DNA from: Candidatus Latescibacterota bacterium
Lineage (GTDB): Bacteria; Latescibacterota; UBA2968; GCA-2709665
Assembly (NCBI GenBank): GCA_965248435.1
Contig: OZ252100.1
Location: 1,920,001 to 1,984,000, forward strand
Direction of reading: 5' to 3'
DNA length: 64,000 bases
Part shown: positions 41,240 to 49,948 of the stretch, one piece after another
Layout: each line of letters opens with the position of its first letter
Position numbering within the stretch: position 1 is the first letter of the stretch
The notes under the pieces: generated by a model
Databases searched by the model: none
Told to the model about the DNA's origin: nothing
Seen by the model: only the letters and a program-made list of their open reading frames with translations
Program-made: the position numbers and the translations under genes

Positions 41240-41767
41240 ATCCAATCGACGAGTGTTCGAAATCTGACTCAAGTGGCGATGGCTGCGGCCCTTGCCTTCG
41301 CCCTTGCCGTAATCGGCAAGGCCATCCCCCTTCGTCTGCCTCAGGGGGGGTCCATTACGCTTGAGTCTGTCCCCGTCCTATTCATTGCGTTTCGTTACGG
41401 TTTTTGGTCGGGATGCTCGACGGGGCTTCTCGTGGGATTGCTGAACCTCCTGCTCGATCCGTTTATCCTTCACCCCGTACAAATCCTCCTAGACTACCCC
41501 CTTCCCTTCGCCCTTCTGGGTACATCAGCTCGCTTTGCCACTCGGCCGTGGATGGGCGTTCTTCTCGCAAACGCACTTCGCTTCCTATCACATTTCCTTT
41601 CTGGCGCAATCTTCTTCAGCAGCTTCGCACCCGAAGGAATGGACGTCTGGGGCTATTCGGCAATATACAATTCCCTCTATATCGTACCGGAAACGTTCCT
41701 TGGCCTCTTGCTCATCCCGACACTCCTTCGTCGTATTCCATCTCGTCATCAAGCAAGCACGTCATGA
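41240..41767 (+). CDS. thiT: Energy-coupling factor thiamine S-component ThiT (start uncertain)
   Basis: LPQGGSI, HPVQILLDY, RFLSHFLSGAIFF and APEG...YSAIYN. Confidence 0.88.
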   Translation: MQSTSVRNLTQVAMAAALAFALAVIGKAIPLRLPQGGSITLESVPVLFIAFRYGFWSGCSTGLLVGLLNLLLDPFILHPVQILLDYPLPFALLGTSARFATRPWMGVLLANALRFLSHFLSGAIFFSSFAPEGMDVWGYSAIYNSLYIVPETFLGLLLIPTLLRRIPSRHQASTS

Positions 41768-41774
41768 CGGCACC

Positions 41775-42923
41775 TCAACCTCGAGTTGCCGATCGATAAG
41801 TCCAATCGAACAGAACCCTGAATTCGATCTCCTGGATTTCTTCCATAAGCCGAGTCTCCTCAGGCATTCCATTCTGGGTATTGTGCAGACAAAGTTCCAG
41901 AAAATAGAGAGGGTCCCAGGTCTTCCGATCTTCCAGGTGCCTCAAAAACTCGAGCGCGACATCCCTTGCCTTTCCAAAGTCGGGAATTTGAAGCACGCGA
42001 AGTAGGTAGCCCACTACCTGTTCTCGGATTTCACTAAACATCCCAAGCCCACCGGCCTTCCTGAACCAGCCCCTCGCGTTCTGAAAATCAGGCTCGCGAC
42101 GATGCACGATACCGTGCAGGTAATCTGCCTCAGCGCAAGGCCGGTCTCGGCTCACCTCCTGACAGATCGTGTGACAGGCCTCGAGGTCATCGATTCTTTG
42201 ATAGAGCCCGGCTTGAACAAGCCGTGCAGAGGACTCCGACGAGTCGTCGCCCGTATGAAGAAGGTCCCCGAACGCTATCCTGTCCAGGTAAGACTTAATG
42301 AATGGATGGCGAACCTGCTGGGGAACCAGCCTCCTGGGTCTTTCGGGGGGACGGTTCGATGGGGTCACATTCCACACAGCCAGGTCGCTGTCGAGCACGT
42401 CCAATTCATGGCCGCCGTAAATGAACCGTATGGCGAATTCCCATAAAACTTCGGGGACATTGCGATAAACGCCTAGAAGGTCCACCGTCTCCCGCTTTAG
42501 CAGGGCGGCACTCGGACCCCAAGGGGCATCCAATACACACCCGATTCTTGGACCGTAACGACTTATGTCCGCCATATCCAATGACCAGTTCCTCTCGGAG
42601 CCGTCTCTAACCGTCATACAGTGAACACACGCGCTTGCTGATGGATTGGCCTGTAAACTGATAACCTGCTGTTCGATCTTGTTACCATCCCAAACCACGC
42701 CGAGGTGCGCGTGAACCACGTACGAACCTGTGGCCTGCTCCCGAGCCGCATTCAACGCCGAGGTGTTCGCCCCGGGTTCGAAGGGCATGTACTCGACCTT
42801 GATGACCTCCGTGAGCTCCGTCGGGTAGGTCTGCGCCGAAATTCCTTGCAGCGTCTCCTGAGCTTCGGTGCTTTGGCCTGATCCAGATGGCATCACCAAC
42901 AGAATTGAGACTTTCTCTGACAT
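41775..42923 (-). CDS. Hypothetical protein: degenerate GT2-like N-domain plus HRRE-motif C-domain
   Basis: SAQTY...ALNAAREQATGSYV (GT2-like, no DxD). C-terminal HGIVHRREPDFQNARGWF. Confidence 0.55.
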   Translation of the reverse strand: MSEKVSILLVMPSGSGQSTEAQETLQGISAQTYPTELTEVIKVEYMPFEPGANTSALNAAREQATGSYVVHAHLGVVWDGNKIEQQVISLQANPSASACVHCMTVRDGSERNWSLDMADISRYGPRIGCVLDAPWGPSAALLKRETVDLLGVYRNVPEVLWEFAIRFIYGGHELDVLDSDLAVWNVTPSNRPPERPRRLVPQQVRHPFIKSYLDRIAFGDLLHTGDDSSESSARLVQAGLYQRIDDLEACHTICQEVSRDRPCAEADYLHGIVHRREPDFQNARGWFRKAGGLGMFSEIREQVVGYLLRVLQIPDFGKARDVALEFLRHLEDRKTWDPLYFLELCLHNTQNGMPEETRLMEEIQEIEFRVLFDWTYRSATRG

Positions 42924-42956
42924 AGATTCTCGTTTCTCTTCGCTTTTGACCTCGAG

Positions 42957-43883
42957 TCAGATGTCGCCGCGGGGGAGACTGCGGTAGACAAGGCCATGGA
43001 TTTCACCAGGCCCCATTTGCAGAAGCTGCTCTATCTGCATCACATCGGCCATTACCAGAGGCGGACATTCCCGCGAGGCAAGGCGATAGGCTTCCTCTAC
43101 ATCGTAGTTAACCCCTTTAAGGCGATACAGGTGTGCCAATGATTCCAGCTGTCTTGATCTTCTTAAGGAATTCGTCACCCCAAGCTTGAAATAGTAGAGA
43201 CGTCGATCTCGACCATCCCCCCACAGTAAGCTTTCCGGTTCAGGTACCCTTTCCATGGCTTCTGACATCTCCGCCTGCAGCCGTTCGATACGGTCATCAA
43301 ACACCTCGAGCAGGGCTACCAGCACCTCCCGGCGCGATCCTCTGGGTTCCTCGTCCATCATGTCCTGAAGGACGATCGCCGCCTTACCATAGAAGGAGTA
43401 ACTTTCCAGGCGGTCATCGCCGAAAAGCTCCGTCTCGACCACCTCCGCACGACGCACAAGCCCCTCCAAATCAAGAAATTCATCCCCAACCCCGGCGTGG
43501 TCATCGTCCGCCCGCGCAACCTGAATGCCGACCAAGAGCGCCCGTTCTATGGCCTGTTCGATCCCACCGCTCCTGTGCTGAACCGGATCAGGGCGCTGCG
43601 TCACCAGGTCATCCGTTTCAAACCCCTCCCCTCTCAACACATCCAGCGAATCATCGCGCCTTACCCCAAGCCCATCCATAAGATCCAAAAGGACCTCTCC
43701 AAGCGCAACCTCCCGATCGCGTACTCGCCTTGCAACCCGTCCGTCCAGGCAAGCTTCCACGACCTGTCGAGCGACCCAATCGCTCTTGTCAACGTGTGAC
43801 TTTCTTCTCGGCCACGGTCCGCCGCCGGTCAACCTCAAAACGACCAATATCACCAGCAGCAATGCGATTCCCACAATCAGCAT
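42957..43883 (-). CDS. Hypothetical membrane-anchored protein
   Basis: N-terminal TM and a helical soluble domain; co-oriented in the operon. No family recognised. Confidence 0.6.
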   Translation of the reverse strand: MLIVGIALLLVILVVLRLTGGGPWPRRKSHVDKSDWVARQVVEACLDGRVARRVRDREVALGEVLLDLMDGLGVRRDDSLDVLRGEGFETDDLVTQRPDPVQHRSGGIEQAIERALLVGIQVARADDDHAGVGDEFLDLEGLVRRAEVVETELFGDDRLESYSFYGKAAIVLQDMMDEEPRGSRREVLVALLEVFDDRIERLQAEMSEAMERVPEPESLLWGDGRDRRLYYFKLGVTNSLRRSRQLESLAHLYRLKGVNYDVEEAYRLASRECPPLVMADVMQIEQLLQMGPGEIHGLVYRSLPRGDI

Positions 43884-43894
43884 GGTTCGCCTTT

Positions 43895-45574
43895 CTAAAC
43901 CCGGAACAGCTCACCCATTCGCCGACCCAGGAAACGTCCAGCCAGCGAAAGACTGATCATCAGCAGAAGCATACCCAGGATGCCCATCGCGCTCGCAATG
44001 TAGGGGCCATCCGAAATTCTCCCCAGAAGCGCATAGATGGCCTTCGTAATCGGATAGTACTCGTCCTTCAGAGCCAGAATCAGACTATCGCTCACCTCGA
44101 GCATCGCGAAGGCGAAGCAGAGGATTCCTCCTGCGACCAGGTTCGCTATGATGAGCGGAAAGGTGATCTCCAGCGTGGTACGCATCTTGGATGCACCCAG
44201 ATTTTGAGCTGCCTCCTCCAGAGTGATGCTTGTCTGTTGAAAGCCGGCATAGGCGGCGCGAACCATGTATGGCAAGCGCCGGACGGCATACGCGATGACG
44301 AGCAAAGGCACGGGATAGTGCCTCGCATCCAGGAAGGTCCCGGAAAATCCGGCCAGATAGCCGAATGCCAGCACCAATCCGGGAAGTGCAAGGGGCAGCA
44401 TCGACAAGGCATCGAGCACTCCTTTAAAGGGAATGCGGGTGCGGGTAAGCAGGTAGGCGATGCTTACACCCAGAACAATATCGGCCACCGTGCTCAACAC
44501 AGACAACATCAAGCTCATGCTGATACTCGATGAGGATATCGGATGTTCGAAAACATTGGTGTAGTACTTCGCAGTCACCTCCTGGGGGACGACCGACATG
44601 AACCACTGCTCTGAAATAGATGTTAGAAACACACTTATGTGCGGAAGCAGGGCCACGCCCGTCAGGCACAGCATGAACCCATAGATAAATACAACCTGCC
44701 GCCTTGAAGCGCGCTGCAACCCGGCCGACCCTCTGCCGACCACGTCGTAGTGCCTGCCGCCAAGGAGGGTTTTTGAGAGGAAGAAGAAGAAGGCCGTCAG
44801 CAGGAGCACAAACACGACCAAGGCATACGCCATCGGGTTTTCGTTGATATCAGAAATCGAGTTGAATATTTCAACAGCAACAACCTTTCGATAGTTGAAT
44901 ATTAAAGGTGTCCCCAAGTCGGTGAACGCCCATATGAACACGATAATCGCCCCTGCAAAATATCCTGGGAGCATCAGGGGAAACGTGACCGTTCGAAACA
45001 GTCGAAACCCTTTACTTCCGAGATTTCGGGCCGCCTCGTCCAGGCTGGGGTCGATGTTGGAAAGGGCAGCCGCGACGTTCAAATACATAATGGGATAGAG
45101 ATGCAAAACCTCGAGGATCACGACGCCCGCAAACCCTCCACCGAACCAGTCCACAGGGTGATCGACCAAACCTAGTTTAAGCAGGAGCAGGTTGATCGAT
45201 CCAAACCTGGCAAACATCTGTTGCATCCCGATGGCGCCAACAAAGGGAGGGAGCACCATCGGCACCAGAATCAGACCGTTCAGGAATCCCTTTCCGCCAA
45301 AATCGTAACGCGCAATCAAGAAAGCAATCGGAAGGGTGAGAAGCGTCGTCGCAAGGGTTGTGATTACGCCCAATCGGAAGCTGTTCAGGATCATCTCACG
45401 ATAGATGGGATTGGTCCCCATCAATCTAAAGTAAAGCGTGGTCAATTCCCCATCTATCACGAACGCGTTGACAAAGGCGTACCAGAGTGGATAGAAAAGA
45501 AAAACGGCAAAAAACGCGGCGAGCGCTAGAAGAAACGTTAGAATGGGCCAACTCAGGTCGTAACGCCTCAGCAT
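43895..45574 (-). CDS. ABC transporter permease, FbpB/ThiP type (duplicated TM domain)
   Basis: PPFVGA, two EAA loops (DEAARNLG, EEAAQNLG) and DLGTPL. Confidence 0.9.
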   Translation of the reverse strand: MLRRYDLSWPILTFLLALAAFFAVFLFYPLWYAFVNAFVIDGELTTLYFRLMGTNPIYREMILNSFRLGVITTLATTLLTLPIAFLIARYDFGGKGFLNGLILVPMVLPPFVGAIGMQQMFARFGSINLLLLKLGLVDHPVDWFGGGFAGVVILEVLHLYPIMYLNVAAALSNIDPSLDEAARNLGSKGFRLFRTVTFPLMLPGYFAGAIIVFIWAFTDLGTPLIFNYRKVVAVEIFNSISDINENPMAYALVVFVLLLTAFFFFLSKTLLGGRHYDVVGRGSAGLQRASRRQVVFIYGFMLCLTGVALLPHISVFLTSISEQWFMSVVPQEVTAKYYTNVFEHPISSSSISMSLMLSVLSTVADIVLGVSIAYLLTRTRIPFKGVLDALSMLPLALPGLVLAFGYLAGFSGTFLDARHYPVPLLVIAYAVRRLPYMVRAAYAGFQQTSITLEEAAQNLGASKMRTTLEITFPLIIANLVAGGILCFAFAMLEVSDSLILALKDEYYPITKAIYALLGRISDGPYIASAMGILGMLLLMISLSLAGRFLGRRMGELFRV

Positions 45575-46656
45575 TCTGTCTCTCCGGAGTCTCTCAAAAT
45601 AACTACGGCATCCTGGCTAAAGCGCAACCTCACTCGATCGCCGATTTCCGCTTTCTGCTTGAGCGGGTTGTACTCCACCACCTTGAAACGGGTTCCACCC
45701 TCCAGGCCAACACAGTACTGCTCCACGTCTCCGAGGTAAATCAAATCGCTCACCTGTCCAGAAACCACATTGTCTGACCTGCTCGGTTCGCCGTCAAGCA
45801 GGTCAAGGGCCTCCGGGCGTACAGCGCAAAGCACGCGGTCCCCTCTCTGAATCTCTTCATAGCCTACCCGTCCGCGTATCAGGCCGACCGCCGTTTGGAC
45901 ACGGATCAGCGGGTCGACATCCACAACTTCTCCAGACAGGAAATTTATCTCTCCAATGAAATCCGCCACAAACTCGCTCACCGGCCGTGAATAGAGCTGG
46001 CGCGGTTCCCCGACTTGTACGACCTTCCCCATCTGCATCACCGCGACTCGGTTCGCCATGGAGAGTGCCTCTTTCTGGTCGTGCGTAACGTAGATCATCG
46101 TAATTCCGATTTCTTTGTGCAGAGTCTGAATCTGCTCACGCATCTCCAGCCGAAGCCGGGCGTCCAGGTTCGAAAGCGGCTCATCCAGCAACACAACGTC
46201 TGGCTCAATCACGAGTGCCCTTGCAAGTGCAACCCGTTGCTGCTGTCCCCCGGAAAGCTGGTTCGGAAATCGGATTGCGTACGCATCCATTTGTACCATC
46301 TTCAGCGCGCGATCCACGCGCTCTGTTCTTTCTTCGGGGGAGACCTTCTTTATTCTCAATCCGTATTCTACATTTTTTGCGACGCTCATGTGTGGCCATA
46401 GGGCGTAGTTTTGAAATACCATTCCTGTGTTGCGCTCGTGGGGAGGCACATCTGCCATATCCCGATCATCGAAAAGGATACGACCCCCCTCCAACTGATA
46501 AAACCCCGCAATAAGCCTGAGCAAGGTGGTTTTGCCACACCCTGACGGCCCGAGCAGGAAAAAGAACTCCCCCTTTTCAATCTCGAAACTCGCACGATCC
46601 AGGGCGACAACACTTCCGAACCGCTTGGTCACGTTTTCCAGCGTCACGCTTACCAT
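45568..46656 (-). CDS. ABC transporter ATP-binding protein (FbpC/PotA type, TOBE)
   Basis: GPSGCGKT, LSGGQQQR, LLDEPLSNLD and VTHDQ. Confidence 0.95.
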   Translation of the reverse strand: MVSVTLENVTKRFGSVVALDRASFEIEKGEFFFLLGPSGCGKTTLLRLIAGFYQLEGGRILFDDRDMADVPPHERNTGMVFQNYALWPHMSVAKNVEYGLRIKKVSPEERTERVDRALKMVQMDAYAIRFPNQLSGGQQQRVALARALVIEPDVVLLDEPLSNLDARLRLEMREQIQTLHKEIGITMIYVTHDQKEALSMANRVAVMQMGKVVQVGEPRQLYSRPVSEFVADFIGEINFLSGEVVDVDPLIRVQTAVGLIRGRVGYEEIQRGDRVLCAVRPEALDLLDGEPSRSDNVVSGQVSDLIYLGDVEQYCVGLEGGTRFKVVEYNPLKQKAEIGDRVRLRFSQDAVVILRDSGETEC

Positions 46657-46696
46657 GGATGCAGATTCCTGTCCGGTCAGCTTCCGATTCGCTAGA

Positions 46697-48100
46697 CTAG
46701 GGCCTCCGGATATACCAGACGTAGGCGACCATCGCGAGCGCGAGCGCCATTGGAAACAACAATGTCAGCAGGTTTCCAAATTGCAGATACACGCTCTGCT
46801 CGTGGGTCCCGTACTTCTTGCGCGCGAAAGCTGTCCACTCACCCAGCATTCTATTGCGGAGCTCTGGATCCCGCCACATCCTTCCCATCTCCAAGGATTC
46901 GGATTCATTGACGGGTACTTCGGCTAACCGCTCGAGTTCATCCGCCGATACACCATCACTCGCCGCCTTCTTCCAGGCCCGTTTGAGTTCTTCGTGAGAA
47001 TCGATGATTAAAACGCCGATCAGGTCGTTGAGCAATCCCCATCGGCTGGAAACCGTTTCCGAATTGTATTCAAGGTCAGAAGTCCACTCGAATGGATTCA
47101 GTGTCACAGCTGCTTCGGATCGCAGCTCTTCATAGAGGTCGGGCAGTACTGTAAAGCGGTTCAACTGTGTCGCCCTCGGTCCCCCAGGCACCCCCTTTTT
47201 CAGGAACCAAAGCTTTTGCCCACGTTCGGACATGACAAACCTGACAAATGTTTCCGCTACGATCAGGTTCGGAGCGCCCTTGAGAATCGCCAACCCATCG
47301 GGGTTCACGATGCTCAGATTCTCAGGAATCACGAAACCGATCGACCCCTTACCCACTCGATCCATCTGGGCCCACGCATAGAAATCTATCGAAAGCGCAT
47401 ATGCAACCTCTCCCACCGCTACATCCCTGGGCGCCTGAGAGCCTCCTGACCCGAACCTTCGGACGTTTCCACCCAGGGTGGTGATGACCTCCCACCCGCG
47501 ATCCCACCCATATCCCTGAAGAATGAGTTCGTAAGCCATGTGAACGCTCCCGCTTGTTCTCGGATCCCCTGACCCGACCCAGGAAAACAGTCGTGGATTA
47601 CCCAGGTCAGCCCAGGTTTTAGGCACGGGCAGGTCCAGCAGATCGAGCACCTTTCGATTGAAGACAATGCCAAAGCCTGCCAGCGTTGCACCGTACCATC
47701 GGTATCTTGAGTCGTAGAGTGGAATGCCACCAAGACGCCTGGGCAGTCGATCGAGTATGTCCTCTGAAAGTGGGCAGGGGAACAACAGCCCTTGGTCTGC
47801 AAGTTCCAAATAAGGATCCAGTCCCCCTCCGAAAAAAACGTCGATGTCGATCCCGTCTTCATTGTGCCCGAACTCGGAGCGAATGTATTTAATGATGGAG
47901 CTCGTCCCCCCTACATCCAGCCACTCCAGCAAGACTTCATTCCCCGTTCGTTCGTAATAGTCTTCTTGAAAAGCCTGCTCGAATTCTGTCTGGACTTCAT
48001 CAGGGTGGGGTGAGATAAGCACCAGCCGGTCCGAAGCGCCCCAGACCTCCCCAACGGACAAAAGCAAGGCACCGATCGCACCTCCGATCGCCTTGATCAT
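46697..48100 (-). CDS. ABC extracellular solute-binding protein (Fe3+/thiamine type) with a C-terminal TM helix
   Basis: Signal peptide, ISPH, DVFFGGG, PKTWADL, DPRTSGS and a hydrophobic C-terminus. Confidence 0.85.
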   Translation of the reverse strand: MIKAIGGAIGALLLSVGEVWGASDRLVLISPHPDEVQTEFEQAFQEDYYERTGNEVLLEWLDVGGTSSIIKYIRSEFGHNEDGIDIDVFFGGGLDPYLELADQGLLFPCPLSEDILDRLPRRLGGIPLYDSRYRWYGATLAGFGIVFNRKVLDLLDLPVPKTWADLGNPRLFSWVGSGDPRTSGSVHMAYELILQGYGWDRGWEVITTLGGNVRRFGSGGSQAPRDVAVGEVAYALSIDFYAWAQMDRVGKGSIGFVIPENLSIVNPDGLAILKGAPNLIVAETFVRFVMSERGQKLWFLKKGVPGGPRATQLNRFTVLPDLYEELRSEAAVTLNPFEWTSDLEYNSETVSSRWGLLNDLIGVLIIDSHEELKRAWKKAASDGVSADELERLAEVPVNESESLEMGRMWRDPELRNRMLGEWTAFARKKYGTHEQSVYLQFGNLLTLLFPMALALAMVAYVWYIRRP

Positions 48101-48164
48101 GATTCGGCCTTCGGGTCGCAAGTGTAGATCTCTCAGGTTCTTATCACAAGTTAAGGAAATTGCT

Positions 48165-48193
48165 ATGGTAGGGAACCCGCATGTCAATGTCAA
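48165..48193 (-). promoter_or_regulatory. sigma70-type promoter for the ABC operon
   Basis: Minus strand TTGACA-N17-TACCAT, with a tandem TTGACA repeat. Confidence 0.6.
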
Positions 48194-48215
48194 TCGCTTT
48201 CCAATCGCACAGTTC

Positions 48216-48245
48216 AAAAAAAAGCCCTGATCAGCGGATCAGAGC
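48216..48245 (-). terminator. Intrinsic terminator after the Vgb-like gene
   Basis: Minus strand GCTCTGATC-CGCT-GATCAGGGC followed by T8. Confidence 0.75.
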
Positions 48246-48275
48246 ATCGCGATACAGAGCTTGATGAAAATACGC

Positions 48276-49472
48276 TTAGGGTCCGGTTTCCCCTACCCGA
48301 CCGATCCTATCCTTCCCCTGGTCCGCGAACCAGATCAGACCCATGGGGTCAACCACAATGTTGGTGATTTCAGCCCCATGGTCCTCTATTTCATAGACTC
48401 GAAATCTCTTCGACTTTTGAACAAACCTAGCGATTCTCATTGAGTTCGAGCTCCCAATCCAGATCCGGTCGCTGAAGTCTACTGCCAGGGCTTGCGCACC
48501 TGAGACCGCCGACGGAACTTCGTAGAGGGACGTTGTTCCGGAATCGGGGTCAAAAACACCCAGCCCGTGTACACCCGACCGTGTGAACCAGACGCGACCG
48601 TCTAGATCGAGGGCAATCTGCCAGAGTTTTACACCACTCCCCGGAAGGTCGAACTCTTCGATCTCCCTTCTATTCGGATTCAGCCGCCCCAGCTTGCCTG
48701 CGCCACGCTCCCCGAACCACAAGTTCCCCTCGGAATCCAGTTCCAGACCATCCAGGCCCGCCGCGGGTGTAGGGAGGCGGAATTCCTCAAAAGACCCGTC
48801 TGAGGGGTCTAGCAGGCCGATTCGATTTCCGGACTCTTGTGTGAACCAGAGCAATCCCCTACGGTCGAAAGCAAGACTGTAGGGGCGGCTTCCAGGCGTT
48901 GGAATGGCGAATTCACGAATTTCTCCGGAAACAGGATCCAATCGGCCGATTCGGTTTGCCCCGATCTCGGTAAACCAGACCTGTCCGCCTTTGTCGATCG
49001 CGATACTGTGCGGCTGACCCCCGGGCGTCGGCAGTGGATAATCAGTAAAGGTGCTGGTTTTCGGATCCAGTCGGCCGATTCGATTTGCTCCAATTTCGGT
49101 AAACCAGACGATGCCGTCTGTGTCCACGACGAGATCGTGGGGTCGGCTCCCAAGTTCCGGCAGTTCCCAGATCGCAACACGACCGACCGTCTCCTCCACC
49201 TGAACCGCACCGCTTTCCAAGCGAGGATCGAAGGCCGCCACGAAAAGCATGAAGTCCTGAAAATCGACGACACCGTTGCCATTCAGATCGAAGGCAGCCA
49301 GATTAGACCCGTAGGCCTCAACCAGTGCGACGAAATCGTCCTGGTCAACGCGGCCGTCGTCGTCGAAATCGGCGCCACCGGGAACCTGAGCCCAACTCCA
49401 GATAGGCAGAAGGCAGAGCACAAGAATCCACCCTGTCCTGCCTCCCGGCATCGCGTGCAATATCCAGAACAT
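48276..49472 (-). CDS. Secreted Vgb-like beta-propeller with an N-terminal dockerin/EF-hand module
   Basis: ADFDDDGRVDQDDF and DLNGNGVVDFQDF, then repeats of G.VWFTEIGANRIGRLDP. Confidence 0.8.
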   Translation of the reverse strand: MFWILHAMPGGRTGWILVLCLLPIWSWAQVPGGADFDDDGRVDQDDFVALVEAYGSNLAAFDLNGNGVVDFQDFMLFVAAFDPRLESGAVQVEETVGRVAIWELPELGSRPHDLVVDTDGIVWFTEIGANRIGRLDPKTSTFTDYPLPTPGGQPHSIAIDKGGQVWFTEIGANRIGRLDPVSGEIREFAIPTPGSRPYSLAFDRRGLLWFTQESGNRIGLLDPSDGSFEEFRLPTPAAGLDGLELDSEGNLWFGERGAGKLGRLNPNRREIEEFDLPGSGVKLWQIALDLDGRVWFTRSGVHGLGVFDPDSGTTSLYEVPSAVSGAQALAVDFSDRIWIGSSNSMRIARFVQKSKRFRVYEIEDHGAEITNIVVDPMGLIWFADQGKDRIGRVGETGP

Positions 49473-49478
49473 CAGGAG

Positions 49479-49844
49479 CTACTTTGCCTGCGCCTGAGGC
49501 GGATCCGTCAAATAGCTCGCCACTGCCCGGTCCACCGTATCGAATGTTCGAAAAATCCCTGCCAGTTGCGTCACCATCAGAATGCTGTCGATCTTTTCGG
49601 TGATGCCTGTCAGCCTCAGATCGCCGCCCTCATTTCGCAGGGTCGTCAAACTGGCGATCAAAACCCCGAGCATAGCACTCCCGAACCATTTCACTTTTGA
49701 AAAATCAATGACGACATTCTTGATGCTGTCACTCACAAGCTTCTTAACGTGGTCGTGAAAGGGTGCCACATCAGGACCGCTCATCAAAGCTCCGCCCATT
49801 TTCAGAATGGCTACGTCCTTGCGAATCTCTTCATCGATGCGCAC
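49479..49844 (-). CDS. STAS domain anti-sigma factor antagonist
   Basis: VVIDFSKVKWFGSAMLGVL...GGDLRL. GTG start after AGGAGG. Confidence 0.88.
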   Translation of the reverse strand: MRIDEEIRKDVAILKMGGALMSGPDVAPFHDHVKKLVSDSIKNVVIDFSKVKWFGSAMLGVLIASLTTLRNEGGDLRLTGITEKIDSILMVTQLAGIFRTFDTVDRAVASYLTDPPQAQAK

Positions 49845-49948
49845 GGATACCTCCTTCATTCAAAAGAATGCTCGCCGCAGGACAAATGATCGGACCCATC
49901 ATATCCATGATAACCACAATTCTGAAGTTTGTTACTACCGGGCTGTCC

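Noticed and set aside
48276-49472. Streptogramin B resistance gene vgb
   Set aside because: Only fold-level similarity. The protein is secreted, dockerin-fused and not in a mobile context.
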